DNA from: Candidatus Babelota bacterium | Lineage (GTDB): Bacteria > Babelota > Babeliae > Babelales > CAIQNR01 | DNA: 64,000 nucleotides | Direction of reading: 5' to 3' | Assembly (NCBI GenBank): GCA_965658655.1 | Contig: CBFHTA010000003.1 | Location: 32,001 to 96,000 of the forward strand | Shown: positions 30,970-39,464 of the stretch, one piece after another | Layout of the letters: every line of letters starts with the position of its first letter | Position numbering within the stretch: position 1 is the first letter of the stretch | Program-made: the position numbers and the translations under genes | Notes under the pieces: generated by a model | Told to the model about the DNA's origin: nothing | Databases searched by the model: none | The model's input: only the letters and a program-made list of their open reading frames with translations

Positions 30970-31278
30970 ATGAAGAAATTAGTAATCATAGCACTCCTTA
31001 CTTTCGGAGTAGCATCAATAGAAGCTAAGGGTGGATCTGCTGGTGGAGCATTTGCCGGTTCATTCATGGGAAGCGCTTTAGGTAGCTCAACAGCTCGTGG
31101 TGGCAGTGGTAACTGTGATCGTCACGAAGCTCAAATCGAAAAATATGAAGATAAAAATAACGCTCTTCGCAAAGAAAATTCTCGCCTCCTAAAAGACATT
31201 AACCCTCACCGTGCACTACTTCCAGAGCTAAAAGATGACTTTGAACAATGGATTGATGATTTTGAAGAAGAATTATAA
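30970..31278 (+). CDS. Small secreted glycine-zipper protein with acidic tail, likely paralog of the upstream gene
   Basis: Same AAATGGAGA...ATGAAGAAA start context; AGGAFAGSFMGSALG; ends DDFEQWIDDFEEEL. Confidence 0.8.
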   Translation: MKKLVIIALLTFGVASIEAKGGSAGGAFAGSFMGSALGSSTARGGSGNCDRHEAQIEKYEDKNNALRKENSRLLKDINPHRALLPELKDDFEQWIDDFEEEL

Positions 31279-31291
31279 AAACTAATTCAAC

Positions 31292-31326
31292 AAAAAAGAG
31301 GTGGAATTTTTCTGCCTCTTTTTTTT
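31292..31326. terminator. Bidirectional terminator
   Basis: AAAAAAGAGGTGG-AATTTT-TCTGCCTCTTTTTTTT between convergent genes. Confidence 0.75.
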
Positions 31327-31328
31327 GG

Positions 31329-31865
31329 TCAACTCACAAAAACATTAAGTATAACGTTCTTAGATTTGTCCCAATTTTTACGAGCAGGACGAACAGACAC
31401 AGAACAGAATCTATCTGGTTTTTTAAAACTTAAAAGCATTTCTTCACCCTCAAAATAATACTCTTGCCTCCAACCAAAACGTTCCATCTCTTGAATATAG
31501 AATCTCTTAATATCTTGAGCCGGCATAGTACTACTATAAGAAAGCAACTTGGCTCTGCGATCACCAAAACTTACCGCCATAGGTTTAACAGAAACAGGTA
31601 TCGGCACATCTACTAAACGTGCTTCTATTTGCTTTGCTTGTTCTTTAGCAGAGAGTTTTTTTGTTTTTTTAGATTGAGAAGAAAGAGGAAAAGCGCACGG
31701 CTCTGATTGCTCAGATAGTGCGCTTAATTCTTTAGAAGGCATAATTAACCGATTTTGACCTTGCCTGTTGGTCTGTACAATACGTGGCTTTTTTTCTTTC
31801 TTTTGTGTTTTAACACATCCAGAAAAAAGCATAAGTGCACCTAAACAACAAACAAGCTTCTTCAT
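31329..31865 (-). CDS. Putative lipoprotein
   Basis: Lipobox LFSGC after a basic, hydrophobic leader. Confidence 0.7.
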   Translation of the reverse strand: MKKLVCCLGALMLFSGCVKTQKKEKKPRIVQTNRQGQNRLIMPSKELSALSEQSEPCAFPLSSQSKKTKKLSAKEQAKQIEARLVDVPIPVSVKPMAVSFGDRRAKLLSYSSTMPAQDIKRFYIQEMERFGWRQEYYFEGEEMLLSFKKPDRFCSVSVRPARKNWDKSKNVILNVFVS

Positions 31866-31891
31866 GCAACATTACCCCTCTGACAAGAAGA

Positions 31892-32488
31892 TTACTCTTT
31901 TTTGTCAGACTCTTTTTTTTCTGCAGCTGGAGCTTCTGCTTTTGGTTCAGCAGCTTTTGCCTCTACCTTTGGAGCTTCAGCAGCCTTTTTTTCAACCGGC
32001 TTAGCGGCTTTTTCTGCTTCTTTCTTTTCTGCAGCAGCTTTTGCTTCTGCTTTTGCAGCAAATTCAGCTTTCTTTTTCGCTTCTGCTTCTTTAGTTTTTG
32101 CACGTAAATGCGCACGAGCTTCTTTAGTTAGAATTTTTTCTTTTACTTGAGCTTTCTTACCTACACGGTCACGCAAGTAATACAATTTTGCTCGGCGAAC
32201 ATCACCCTTACGAACAATTTTGATACTGTCGATAATAGGAGTGTAGAATGGGTAAATACGTTCAACATACACACTGTTTGCACTAATTTTACGAACAGTA
32301 AAGGTACTTGAAGCACCCTTGTGATGCATTGCAATTACGTCACCTTCAAATACTTGGAGACGTTTTTTATTACCCTCAGTAATCCACTGAGAAACTGCAA
32401 TGTGATCTCCAATCTCAAAACGAGGAAAATCACGTTCTTCTGCACCTAGTCCACGGATAGTCTCACGTGTTAATTGTTGTGCCTTCAT
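31892..32488 (-). CDS. rplS: 50S ribosomal protein L19 with long Ala/Lys/Glu tail
   Basis: RLQVFEG.VI, FTVRKIS, VER, G.VRRAKLYYLR. Confidence 0.96.
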   Translation of the reverse strand: MKAQQLTRETIRGLGAEERDFPRFEIGDHIAVSQWITEGNKKRLQVFEGDVIAMHHKGASSTFTVRKISANSVYVERIYPFYTPIIDSIKIVRKGDVRRAKLYYLRDRVGKKAQVKEKILTKEARAHLRAKTKEAEAKKKAEFAAKAEAKAAAEKKEAEKAAKPVEKKAAEAPKVEAKAAEPKAEAPAAEKKESDKKE

Positions 32489-32588
32489 AAATTTGATTCC
32501 TTTAAACAGGTCCGAGAAACGGACACGTTATGCCAATTGACTTCAAAAAATGCTTAATTAAGTTTGATCATTATACAACAATAAAGCC

Positions 32589-33890
32589 CTATTGGCCAGC
32601 AAAATTAATGCCCAACCACCGGTCAAAAATAATGGCAGCTGCCGATCTGACCGAAAGATGATTAAAATTAGAGAAGCCCAAAACTGGGCCAAGCACATAA
32701 TCGCACTGTCTCATAAGCTCCTGGCTCAACCCCTTGGCTGTTCCAAAGATCAATAAAACAGGCCTTTTTTGGCTCCAAACTTCTTGTTGATCAAAATACG
32801 TAATAGAAGGAACCCCTCCTACCACTTGAGCCGATGTTGCAATCACCAAAGGCTCAATCCCCTCTTTTTCTTTAATGGCGGCTTTAACCGCTTCTAAATC
32901 TCGTGCAAGCTTAACATGACTTACTGCATCTGCTCTATTGTGATTATAAGCTACCCCTGCGGCATCCCAAAATCCAAGAATAGAATTTACAATTTTTTGC
33001 TGATCTTCAAGCGGAGTTACCACAAAATATTCTTTAAACCCGTAAGTTCGAGCCGAACGAGCAATATCATGAATGTCTAAAGTTGTTACAGAAGAATTAC
33101 CTACTCGACCTTTATCTACCACTACATCACCATGAAGCAACGCACAATAGTGAGTTGGAATATATTTTGCAGCTCGCTCCTGATCTTTTCTTTCTAGGCA
33201 ATGAGACCGAACCCAATCAAAATGCTCTAAAACCGAACGCTCTGCAGCTTTATCTAGCCGTTGCTCGTCCATAGCCTTGTGGTTACCAGAAAGAAGCACC
33301 TCAGGAATTTTATGCCCTTTCCACTCGCGTGGAGGTGTAGTGTAAGGAGGAAAATCTAAAAATGGACCTGAAAATGAATCTTTTTCTACTGATTCTTCAC
33401 GACCTACCACATTTGGTAAATAACGAGAAACGGCCTCAATGGCTACCATCGCAGGGAGATCTCCTCCCATTAACACATAATCACCAATAGAAAGCTCAAG
33501 ATCGGCATATTCTTGTACCGCACGCTCATCTATACCCTCATAACGCCCTGCTATAAACATAACATGTTTCTGCTCTTGAAGCTTTTGAGCCACTTTTTGA
33601 GCCAGGCGTTGATCTAATTTTTTACCTTGAGGGGTAAGAAAAATACGATACGCTTTACCATGCTTTTCTTCTTGCGCGGTGACCGATCGCTCGATAACTT
33701 CAGGACGAATCGCCATACCAGAACCATGACCAACCGTTGGACCATCGATACGTTCTTTTGGCTCACAAAAAGAAGAAAACGCCCGCACATCAAAAGATAT
33801 TGTCTCTTGTTCTTGCGCACGTTTTATTAAACTTGTCTGGAGAAAATTGTGATAGATTTCCGGAAAAACCGTAAGTATCGAAACTTCCAT
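32589..33890 (-). CDS. trmD: tRNA m1G37 methyltransferase TrmD fused to a Tm1570/DUF2168-like SPOUT methyltransferase
   Basis: N-half LTPQG, GRYEGIDER, SIGDYVL.GG, PEVLLSGNH; C-half SVTTLDIHDIARSARTYG, FGTAKGL, NHLSVRSAAAII.DR. Confidence 0.93.
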   Translation of the reverse strand: MEVSILTVFPEIYHNFLQTSLIKRAQEQETISFDVRAFSSFCEPKERIDGPTVGHGSGMAIRPEVIERSVTAQEEKHGKAYRIFLTPQGKKLDQRLAQKVAQKLQEQKHVMFIAGRYEGIDERAVQEYADLELSIGDYVLMGGDLPAMVAIEAVSRYLPNVVGREESVEKDSFSGPFLDFPPYTTPPREWKGHKIPEVLLSGNHKAMDEQRLDKAAERSVLEHFDWVRSHCLERKDQERAAKYIPTHYCALLHGDVVVDKGRVGNSSVTTLDIHDIARSARTYGFKEYFVVTPLEDQQKIVNSILGFWDAAGVAYNHNRADAVSHVKLARDLEAVKAAIKEKEGIEPLVIATSAQVVGGVPSITYFDQQEVWSQKRPVLLIFGTAKGLSQELMRQCDYVLGPVLGFSNFNHLSVRSAAAIIFDRWLGINFAGQ

Positions 33891-33908
33891 TTACCTATTT
33901 TCTAGATT

Positions 33909-34325
33909 TTACGCTTTGTCTTTAGACTCTGCAGGTTTTTCTTCAGTCTTTTCAGCTTTTTCTTCTGCCTTAGGCTTTGCGGCTTCTTCAGCTGCTTTTT
34001 TCTTTGCTTCTTCAGCTTCTAGTTCAGCTTTTGAAGGAGTTTGCTTTTTAATAGGCTCTACACGCTCTAAAGCAGACTTTTCACCTTTTTTTACACGGTG
34101 TTGTAATTTTTTAACGGTATCACTTGGAATAGCACCTTTTTCGATCCATGCTTGAACACGGTCTGCATGAAATTGGATAATTTCACCTGAAACTGGGTTA
34201 AATGTTCCTAAGTTTTCTAGAAATTTACCGTCGCGTTTTACACGCTTATCGATAGCTACAATTCTATAAAAGGGAGCTCTTTTCTTCCCTATACGAGCAA
34301 GCCGTATGCGTACTGACATGCACAA
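33909..34325 (-). CDS. rpsP: 30S ribosomal protein S16 with charged C-terminal extension
   Basis: VRIRLARIG.K..PFYRIV, RDGKFLE.LG, GA.PSDTV. Confidence 0.97.
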   Translation of the reverse strand: MCMSVRIRLARIGKKRAPFYRIVAIDKRVKRDGKFLENLGTFNPVSGEIIQFHADRVQAWIEKGAIPSDTVKKLQHRVKKGEKSALERVEPIKKQTPSKAELEAEEAKKKAAEEAAKPKAEEKAEKTEEKPAESKDKA

Positions 34326-34372
34326 AATCCTTCTAAGTCATAAATAGTTAAGCTTAAAGACACGAGAAAATC

Positions 34373-34413
34373 ATTGTACCACAGATTGCAAATATCGCAA
34401 GCATTGCTATACT
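34373..34413. promoter_or_regulatory. Overlapping divergent promoters for rpsP and hflX
   Basis: Minus TTGCGA-16-TACAAT and plus TTGCAA-16-TATACT, both with an extended TG. Confidence 0.5.
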
Positions 34414-34465
34414 CAAAAAAGCTTCTTTAAGCCTTATAAGCCGATATTGAATTCAAGGAACACTC

Positions 34466-35572
34466 ATGGTTAAGCCAAAAGCAACTGCAACCAGAACTCA
34501 CCCGAAAACCCTTTTAATTGGGGTACATGCACCTTATAACAAGACTAAACATATACAATCTTACTACAGTGAGTTCCTACATTTAGTTGAATCTAACGAT
34601 ATCGAATATGATGAAATCATCTATGTAAAGCTTAGATCCATTGACGCTGGTTACTTCTTTACCAAAGGTAAATTAGAAGAGATTCAAGAGCTATGCGAGA
34701 AAGAAGGATACGAAGAAGTAATTATTTCTGATCAGCTTACAGCTATGCAGGAGCGTAATCTCACCAATCTTTTTAACACAAAAGTATTTGATAGAACTCA
34801 ATTAATTCTAGAAATTTTTGAAAAAACTGCTCACTCCGCTGAAGGTAAGATGCAAGTTGAAATTGCCATGTTTCATTATCGTAAAGCACGATTGTCTGGT
34901 ATGGGAATCCATATGAGTCAGCAAGCTGGTCATATTGGTGGAAAAGGTCCTGGTGAAACAGAAAAAGAACGTCAAACACGCCATATTGAAAGTCATATCA
35001 ACAAATTAAAAAGACATCTTAAAGGGCTTGAAAAAAATAGAGGCACACAGCGTAAACGCCGTGTAGAAAACAAAATACCTCATATTTGCTTAATTGGTTA
35101 CACTAATACCGGAAAGTCTACATTGCTCAATCAATTGACTAAGGCAGACGTTCTGGCTCAAGACAAACTGTTTGCAACGCTTGATACTACAACTCGAGAA
35201 CTTTTTATTAGCAACAAGAAACTGGGTGTAATCTCTGACACTGTCGGCTTTATTCAGCAGTTGCCACATCATCTTATTAATGCTTTTAAATCAACTTTAA
35301 GCGAACTTCAGTATGCAGATTTATTATTACATGTTGTTGATATTGCTGACCCTAACTGGGAAGAGCACATTGCCATTGTAAATAAAATTCTAGTGGAACT
35401 TGATGTTAATAAAGAACAGCTCTATGTATTCAACAAAGCGGATACACCAAAAGAGATGCACGCAGATGAAGAATTACGTACAAAATATCAACCAAGCGTT
35501 ACTGTCTCTGCACGCTCTAAAGAAGGCATTATCGAGCTTGTAAACTTCCTAGAAAATTGGAAACAAAACTAG
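34466..35572 (+). CDS. hflX: Ribosome-splitting GTPase HflX
   Basis: DRTQLILEIF, GPGET, GYTNTGKSTL, LFATLD, DTVGF, NKAD. Confidence 0.96.
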   Translation: MVKPKATATRTHPKTLLIGVHAPYNKTKHIQSYYSEFLHLVESNDIEYDEIIYVKLRSIDAGYFFTKGKLEEIQELCEKEGYEEVIISDQLTAMQERNLTNLFNTKVFDRTQLILEIFEKTAHSAEGKMQVEIAMFHYRKARLSGMGIHMSQQAGHIGGKGPGETEKERQTRHIESHINKLKRHLKGLEKNRGTQRKRRVENKIPHICLIGYTNTGKSTLLNQLTKADVLAQDKLFATLDTTTRELFISNKKLGVISDTVGFIQQLPHHLINAFKSTLSELQYADLLLHVVDIADPNWEEHIAIVNKILVELDVNKEQLYVFNKADTPKEMHADEELRTKYQPSVTVSARSKEGIIELVNFLENWKQN

Positions 35573-35676
35573 TCTTCTTACATTTACTTTATTAGAACTC
35601 TTAACTTGACTTTTATCCTTATTCGGGGGTACAACTAGGCCTTGTTGTTGTTTCTTAAAAACCAAAAGGAGTTCGA

Positions 35677-37515
35677 ATGAAGAAAAAATTATTTTTCTTA
35701 GTCTTAATTGGATTGGTCTTTTCTGCAGGCATTTCTGCTGCTCACTCAAAAATGAAACCGCCTAGTAAAGAAGGAGCTTTGGGAACCTCAGTTCAGAAAG
35801 TAACATCTGCCCCACTACCTGTAGAAAGCTTTTCTGACAGTGATAATGAGCCTGATACAAAAAGACCAGACACCCCAAGAACTAAAAAACTATCCTCTAC
35901 AAATAAACACGGTATTACTTCAATGGCAACGGTAAAAGCAACTAAGAATGAATGCTTAGATGGCAATGAAGGTAACGATAATGGTGCTACAGCTAGAGAA
36001 GGAGTAGACACTACAGAACCTAAAGAAGAATCTCCTGAAACAGGTGGCTGGCTCTCTGTAATAGCAACCAAAGCAGCGGCACTCGTAGCAGGAGAAACAA
36101 GAGAAATAGAGTTTGTGCCGACAAAGAGCCAAGAAGAATTAACACCTAAAGAAGCTGCTGATAAAAAAACAAATGAACTTTGTGCTGATATAAAAGAATT
36201 GGAAGACCTTTTGGCGGACACTCCAAATACTGAAGACCAAACTGAAAAAAGAAAAAAAATAACAGATCAAATTGGAGAAAAAGAAGCTGAAATTGTGAAA
36301 ATTGCTGACACTTATAAAACACCTGACGACAAACATTCTTACTTGAAAAAAGGTGATGGTCCTGTATTAACATTCGATAGACGTCAACGCGTGCGCGAAG
36401 CACAAGCTATTAAAGCAAAAGAAAAACATGCTGTTCTTAGAAACAACATAGCGGAAGAAACAAAAAGAATAGCCAACATTACACTACCAGAACTTAAAGA
36501 AAGCAGAGCGATTGAGTTCCATAAAACAAAAGCAGAAGAAATTAAAGCGCTAGAGAGCGATGATGGCATAGAAGAAATTAAAAACACTCCTGACGCTTCC
36601 AAAGAAGTAACTCCACAAATTAAGCTTCCATCAAGAGCAATTGTTACACCATATTCTGTTCAAATGGAAACACAAAAAATAAAAAAGGGGGAAGATGGAA
36701 ATTGTGTAGAAATACGAGTTCCTGTGTATAAGAAAACTACCAAATTTGATTACGGCGCCCCACAATTAAATCGAAATGACATACCTCTCACTCCAGAACA
36801 AAGATATGAAACTGTAATTCAAGAATTAAATACTCGAGAAATAAAAGCAAAGCTTAAGAACCGTATCCTAAACGCGGCCGGATACCAATACAATTTAAAA
36901 ACAAAAAAACCCTTACACGAAGGTAAAGCAAAACGGGAGTCCCTCAAAAAACGTGTTTTAGAGCAAAACATTGCTGCCACTCTTTCTCGTGCAAGTTTGG
37001 AAAATCTAGAAAAGATTCAATCTAGCAAACAATTACGAAAATTGTTAAAACGTTCCGTTTTATCCGACGCATTCCATCAACATCAACTTGCTCTTGCACT
37101 AAACACAGTTGAAGGTCATGGCCTTGTAACTGAACTAGATCCAATCACTATTTCTACGCATCAAGGAAGTTCAGAAAGAAAAGCAGAACTTAAAGAAGAA
37201 AGAGATAGAACAAGGATAATCAAACAAGAATTAGAAAGACAATCAACCACAACGGCTAACACCAAAGATCGGGCAGCAACAGCTATTGCGGCTACAGATA
37301 GAAAACTTAAAAATGCATCTGAACAACTTAAGGAACTTAGCGAGAAAGTCACCACACTAAAAGAACAACGAGACGCGGAAATAAAAACACTTGCTCACGC
37401 TAAAATAATAGATAAACAAGCACAACAAAAAGTTGAAACCTACAATAAAAACAGACAGCCGTTGGTAGATGCTCACAACGGACTTAGTGGTATATCCTGG
37501 CTCTGGCGATCGTAA
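35677..37515 (+). CDS. Large secreted orphan protein, low complexity plus coiled coils
   Basis: AAGGAG RBS; signal peptide MKKKLFFLVLIGLVFSAGISA; 612 aa; terminator follows. Confidence 0.8.
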   Translation: MKKKLFFLVLIGLVFSAGISAAHSKMKPPSKEGALGTSVQKVTSAPLPVESFSDSDNEPDTKRPDTPRTKKLSSTNKHGITSMATVKATKNECLDGNEGNDNGATAREGVDTTEPKEESPETGGWLSVIATKAAALVAGETREIEFVPTKSQEELTPKEAADKKTNELCADIKELEDLLADTPNTEDQTEKRKKITDQIGEKEAEIVKIADTYKTPDDKHSYLKKGDGPVLTFDRRQRVREAQAIKAKEKHAVLRNNIAEETKRIANITLPELKESRAIEFHKTKAEEIKALESDDGIEEIKNTPDASKEVTPQIKLPSRAIVTPYSVQMETQKIKKGEDGNCVEIRVPVYKKTTKFDYGAPQLNRNDIPLTPEQRYETVIQELNTREIKAKLKNRILNAAGYQYNLKTKKPLHEGKAKRESLKKRVLEQNIAATLSRASLENLEKIQSSKQLRKLLKRSVLSDAFHQHQLALALNTVEGHGLVTELDPITISTHQGSSERKAELKEERDRTRIIKQELERQSTTTANTKDRAATAIAATDRKLKNASEQLKELSEKVTTLKEQRDAEIKTLAHAKIIDKQAQQKVETYNKNRQPLVDAHNGLSGISWLWRS

Positions 37516-37557
37516 TTTTAAAAAAAGCTCTCGAGAAATCGGGAGCTTTTTTTAAAA
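37516..37557 (+). terminator. Rho-independent terminator
   Basis: TTTTAAAAAAAGCTCTCGA-GAAA-TCGGGAGCTTTTTTTAAAA. Confidence 0.85.
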
Positions 37558-37745
37558 TTACGAATAGCTAAAGAATTATAGGTTTCATACAATCTCTACA
37601 ACGAAAAACTAAACAAAACAATCTCCCCCATACACTTAAGCTTATTTTTTGCATATTTTTCACTTTTTTACCCCAAACTCTACACTTTCTTGTTTTTAGC
37701 ATGATACACCTAGTAAACTTTTAAACATAAACTAAAGGGGATATT

Positions 37746-38729
37746 ATGAAAAAAAGTTTACTAGGGATGGCACTCGTACTCACCACTCAAGCACAGACAG
37801 CAGACAGCGTGCAGCTACCAGGCCAACTAGCCTCAACCCATCTATATACTCTTGAAACAAAAGATTCAGCACCCCATAAAACGCCCGGAACCGTTGCTGC
37901 ACAACCAATACCTATCCAACAACAGATACACTATCAAACACACCCTCTTTCACCTAGCACTCACAACTCAGCAAGTTATCCCGGTACATCTTCTTTAAAA
38001 GAGATTCACCCACAAAAACGCAGTAGGCTATATAGCTCCCATGATATAATTGAACCAACTGCACCAACAAGAACCGATTTTTCTTCTCCAGGGTCTTTTG
38101 AACAACACCCTTATTCACATGGACCCTCAAGCCAACATGAATGGGAACAATATCAAACATTCAAAAGACAACAAGAAGAGGTACGTGCTAGAGAAGAATC
38201 TCAACGTAACACAAAAGAGCTAGAAGCTTTTGAATTGTTGAAAAAAGCACGGTCGACACATGAATTACAGACTGCAAGTGGCAGAATTTCACCAACCGGC
38301 TCCGTACCTCCGCACTATAATACTCTTGACACACAGATCAGTCCCACAGACAAAACCCTTCCTTTTGTTTCAGCCGCTATAAACGAAGGGAGCACCGCAA
38401 ATGAAAACCTTAGTAAAGTGATGCAATCTTTCGTTACAGCAGTTAAAGGATTAGCAATAAAACGAGATACCTATCAAGCTCCTGCTACTGATTCTCCAAA
38501 GTCGAGAAGTAGACTAGGATCTATTAAATCTAAAGGGACTTCCGTAGAGGCAATGATGAAAACAGCTAAAAAAGAACAAAAAGGTAAAGACTCATATCTG
38601 CGCAAAGAGGCAAGCGGTATACAAAGAATACTCGCTACATTAATGATTTGTAACAAAACTCTTGAAGATTGTAAGAGGAAAACAAATGCAGAATTATTTA
38701 GAGAAGCGGGAATGGATTCCGAGGCATAA
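37746..38729 (+). CDS. Secreted Ser/Pro/Thr-rich orphan protein with AQTADS leader
   Basis: AAGGGG RBS; MKKSLLGMALVLTTQAQTADS. Confidence 0.75.
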   Translation: MKKSLLGMALVLTTQAQTADSVQLPGQLASTHLYTLETKDSAPHKTPGTVAAQPIPIQQQIHYQTHPLSPSTHNSASYPGTSSLKEIHPQKRSRLYSSHDIIEPTAPTRTDFSSPGSFEQHPYSHGPSSQHEWEQYQTFKRQQEEVRAREESQRNTKELEAFELLKKARSTHELQTASGRISPTGSVPPHYNTLDTQISPTDKTLPFVSAAINEGSTANENLSKVMQSFVTAVKGLAIKRDTYQAPATDSPKSRSRLGSIKSKGTSVEAMMKTAKKEQKGKDSYLRKEASGIQRILATLMICNKTLEDCKRKTNAELFREAGMDSEA

Positions 38730-38749
38730 TTCAAATCTTTAGTTGATAA

Positions 38750-38778
38750 TTGATAAGAAAGATAAGAAGCGGTACAAT
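38750..38778 (+). promoter_or_regulatory. Duplicated sigma70-type promoter, copy 1
   Basis: TTGATA-agaaagataagaagcgg(17)-TACAAT. Confidence 0.65.
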
Positions 38779-38813
38779 AAGTTCAAATTCACATTACACA
38801 CAAGAGATGTTAC

Positions 38814-39209
38814 ATGAAAAACGTATTGCACCTTCTTATTTTAACACTTACTTTCTTTACCGTTGCACAAACTGCAGACAGTAAAAAACGCCATCACCCT
38901 TCTCCTATACAAGAACGCAAAAAGAAAAGACCTGCCTTCACCTTTACACAAAGGGATTTAGATAACGCTTGGGAAATGGCTGCTCTCACACGAAATCTAG
39001 AAAGAAACATTGGAAAAGCACCAAGAGAGAAAACAACTCTAGAAATTGTAGCCGCGCAAGAAGATGTTTATGATGCTGCAATAAAAGAATATACAGCAAG
39101 TATACTAACTCAAAAAAGCACTAATACCAGTGCAGCATCTTCAGCAGTACCTAGCGGCACAGAAACACAAGTGCCTTCTGCTATGCCCGTTAAAATGGAC
39201 GTATCGTAG
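38814..39209 (+). CDS. Secreted orphan protein with AQTADS leader and NLS-like basic motif
   Basis: MKNVLHLLILTLTFFTVAQTADS-KKRHHPSPIQERKKKRP. Confidence 0.75.
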   Translation: MKNVLHLLILTLTFFTVAQTADSKKRHHPSPIQERKKKRPAFTFTQRDLDNAWEMAALTRNLERNIGKAPREKTTLEIVAAQEDVYDAAIKEYTASILTQKSTNTSAASSAVPSGTETQVPSAMPVKMDVS

Positions 39210-39241
39210 CTTAACGTATACAACAAGCTTATAGTTTATAA

Positions 39242-39270
39242 TTGATACAAGAGATAAGACGCGGTACACT
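39242..39270 (+). promoter_or_regulatory. Duplicated sigma70-type promoter, copy 2
   Basis: TTGATA-caagagataagacgcgg(17)-TACACT. Confidence 0.65.
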
Positions 39271-39300
39271 GTTTAAAGTTTTAACTACAAAGGAATTTAC

Positions 39301-39459
39301 ATGAAACAGTTATCGCGTCTTATTTTATTTCCTTTTCTTCTTAGTGTTACAAAAAGACAAACCCTTAATACTAACTACAGAGAAAACAATAAAAATATAA
39401 GTCTCATGACTTTACGCGACAAAATGAACCAAAAAAATTCCGGGCAAAATAGCGAGTAA
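39301..39459 (+). pseudogene. 52-codon ORF, possibly a decayed member of the secreted-protein array
   Basis: AAGGA RBS; MKQLSRLILFPFLLSVTKRQT... is signal-peptide-like then stops early; lies behind promoter copy 2. Confidence 0.4.
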
Positions 39460-39464
39460 CTTAT

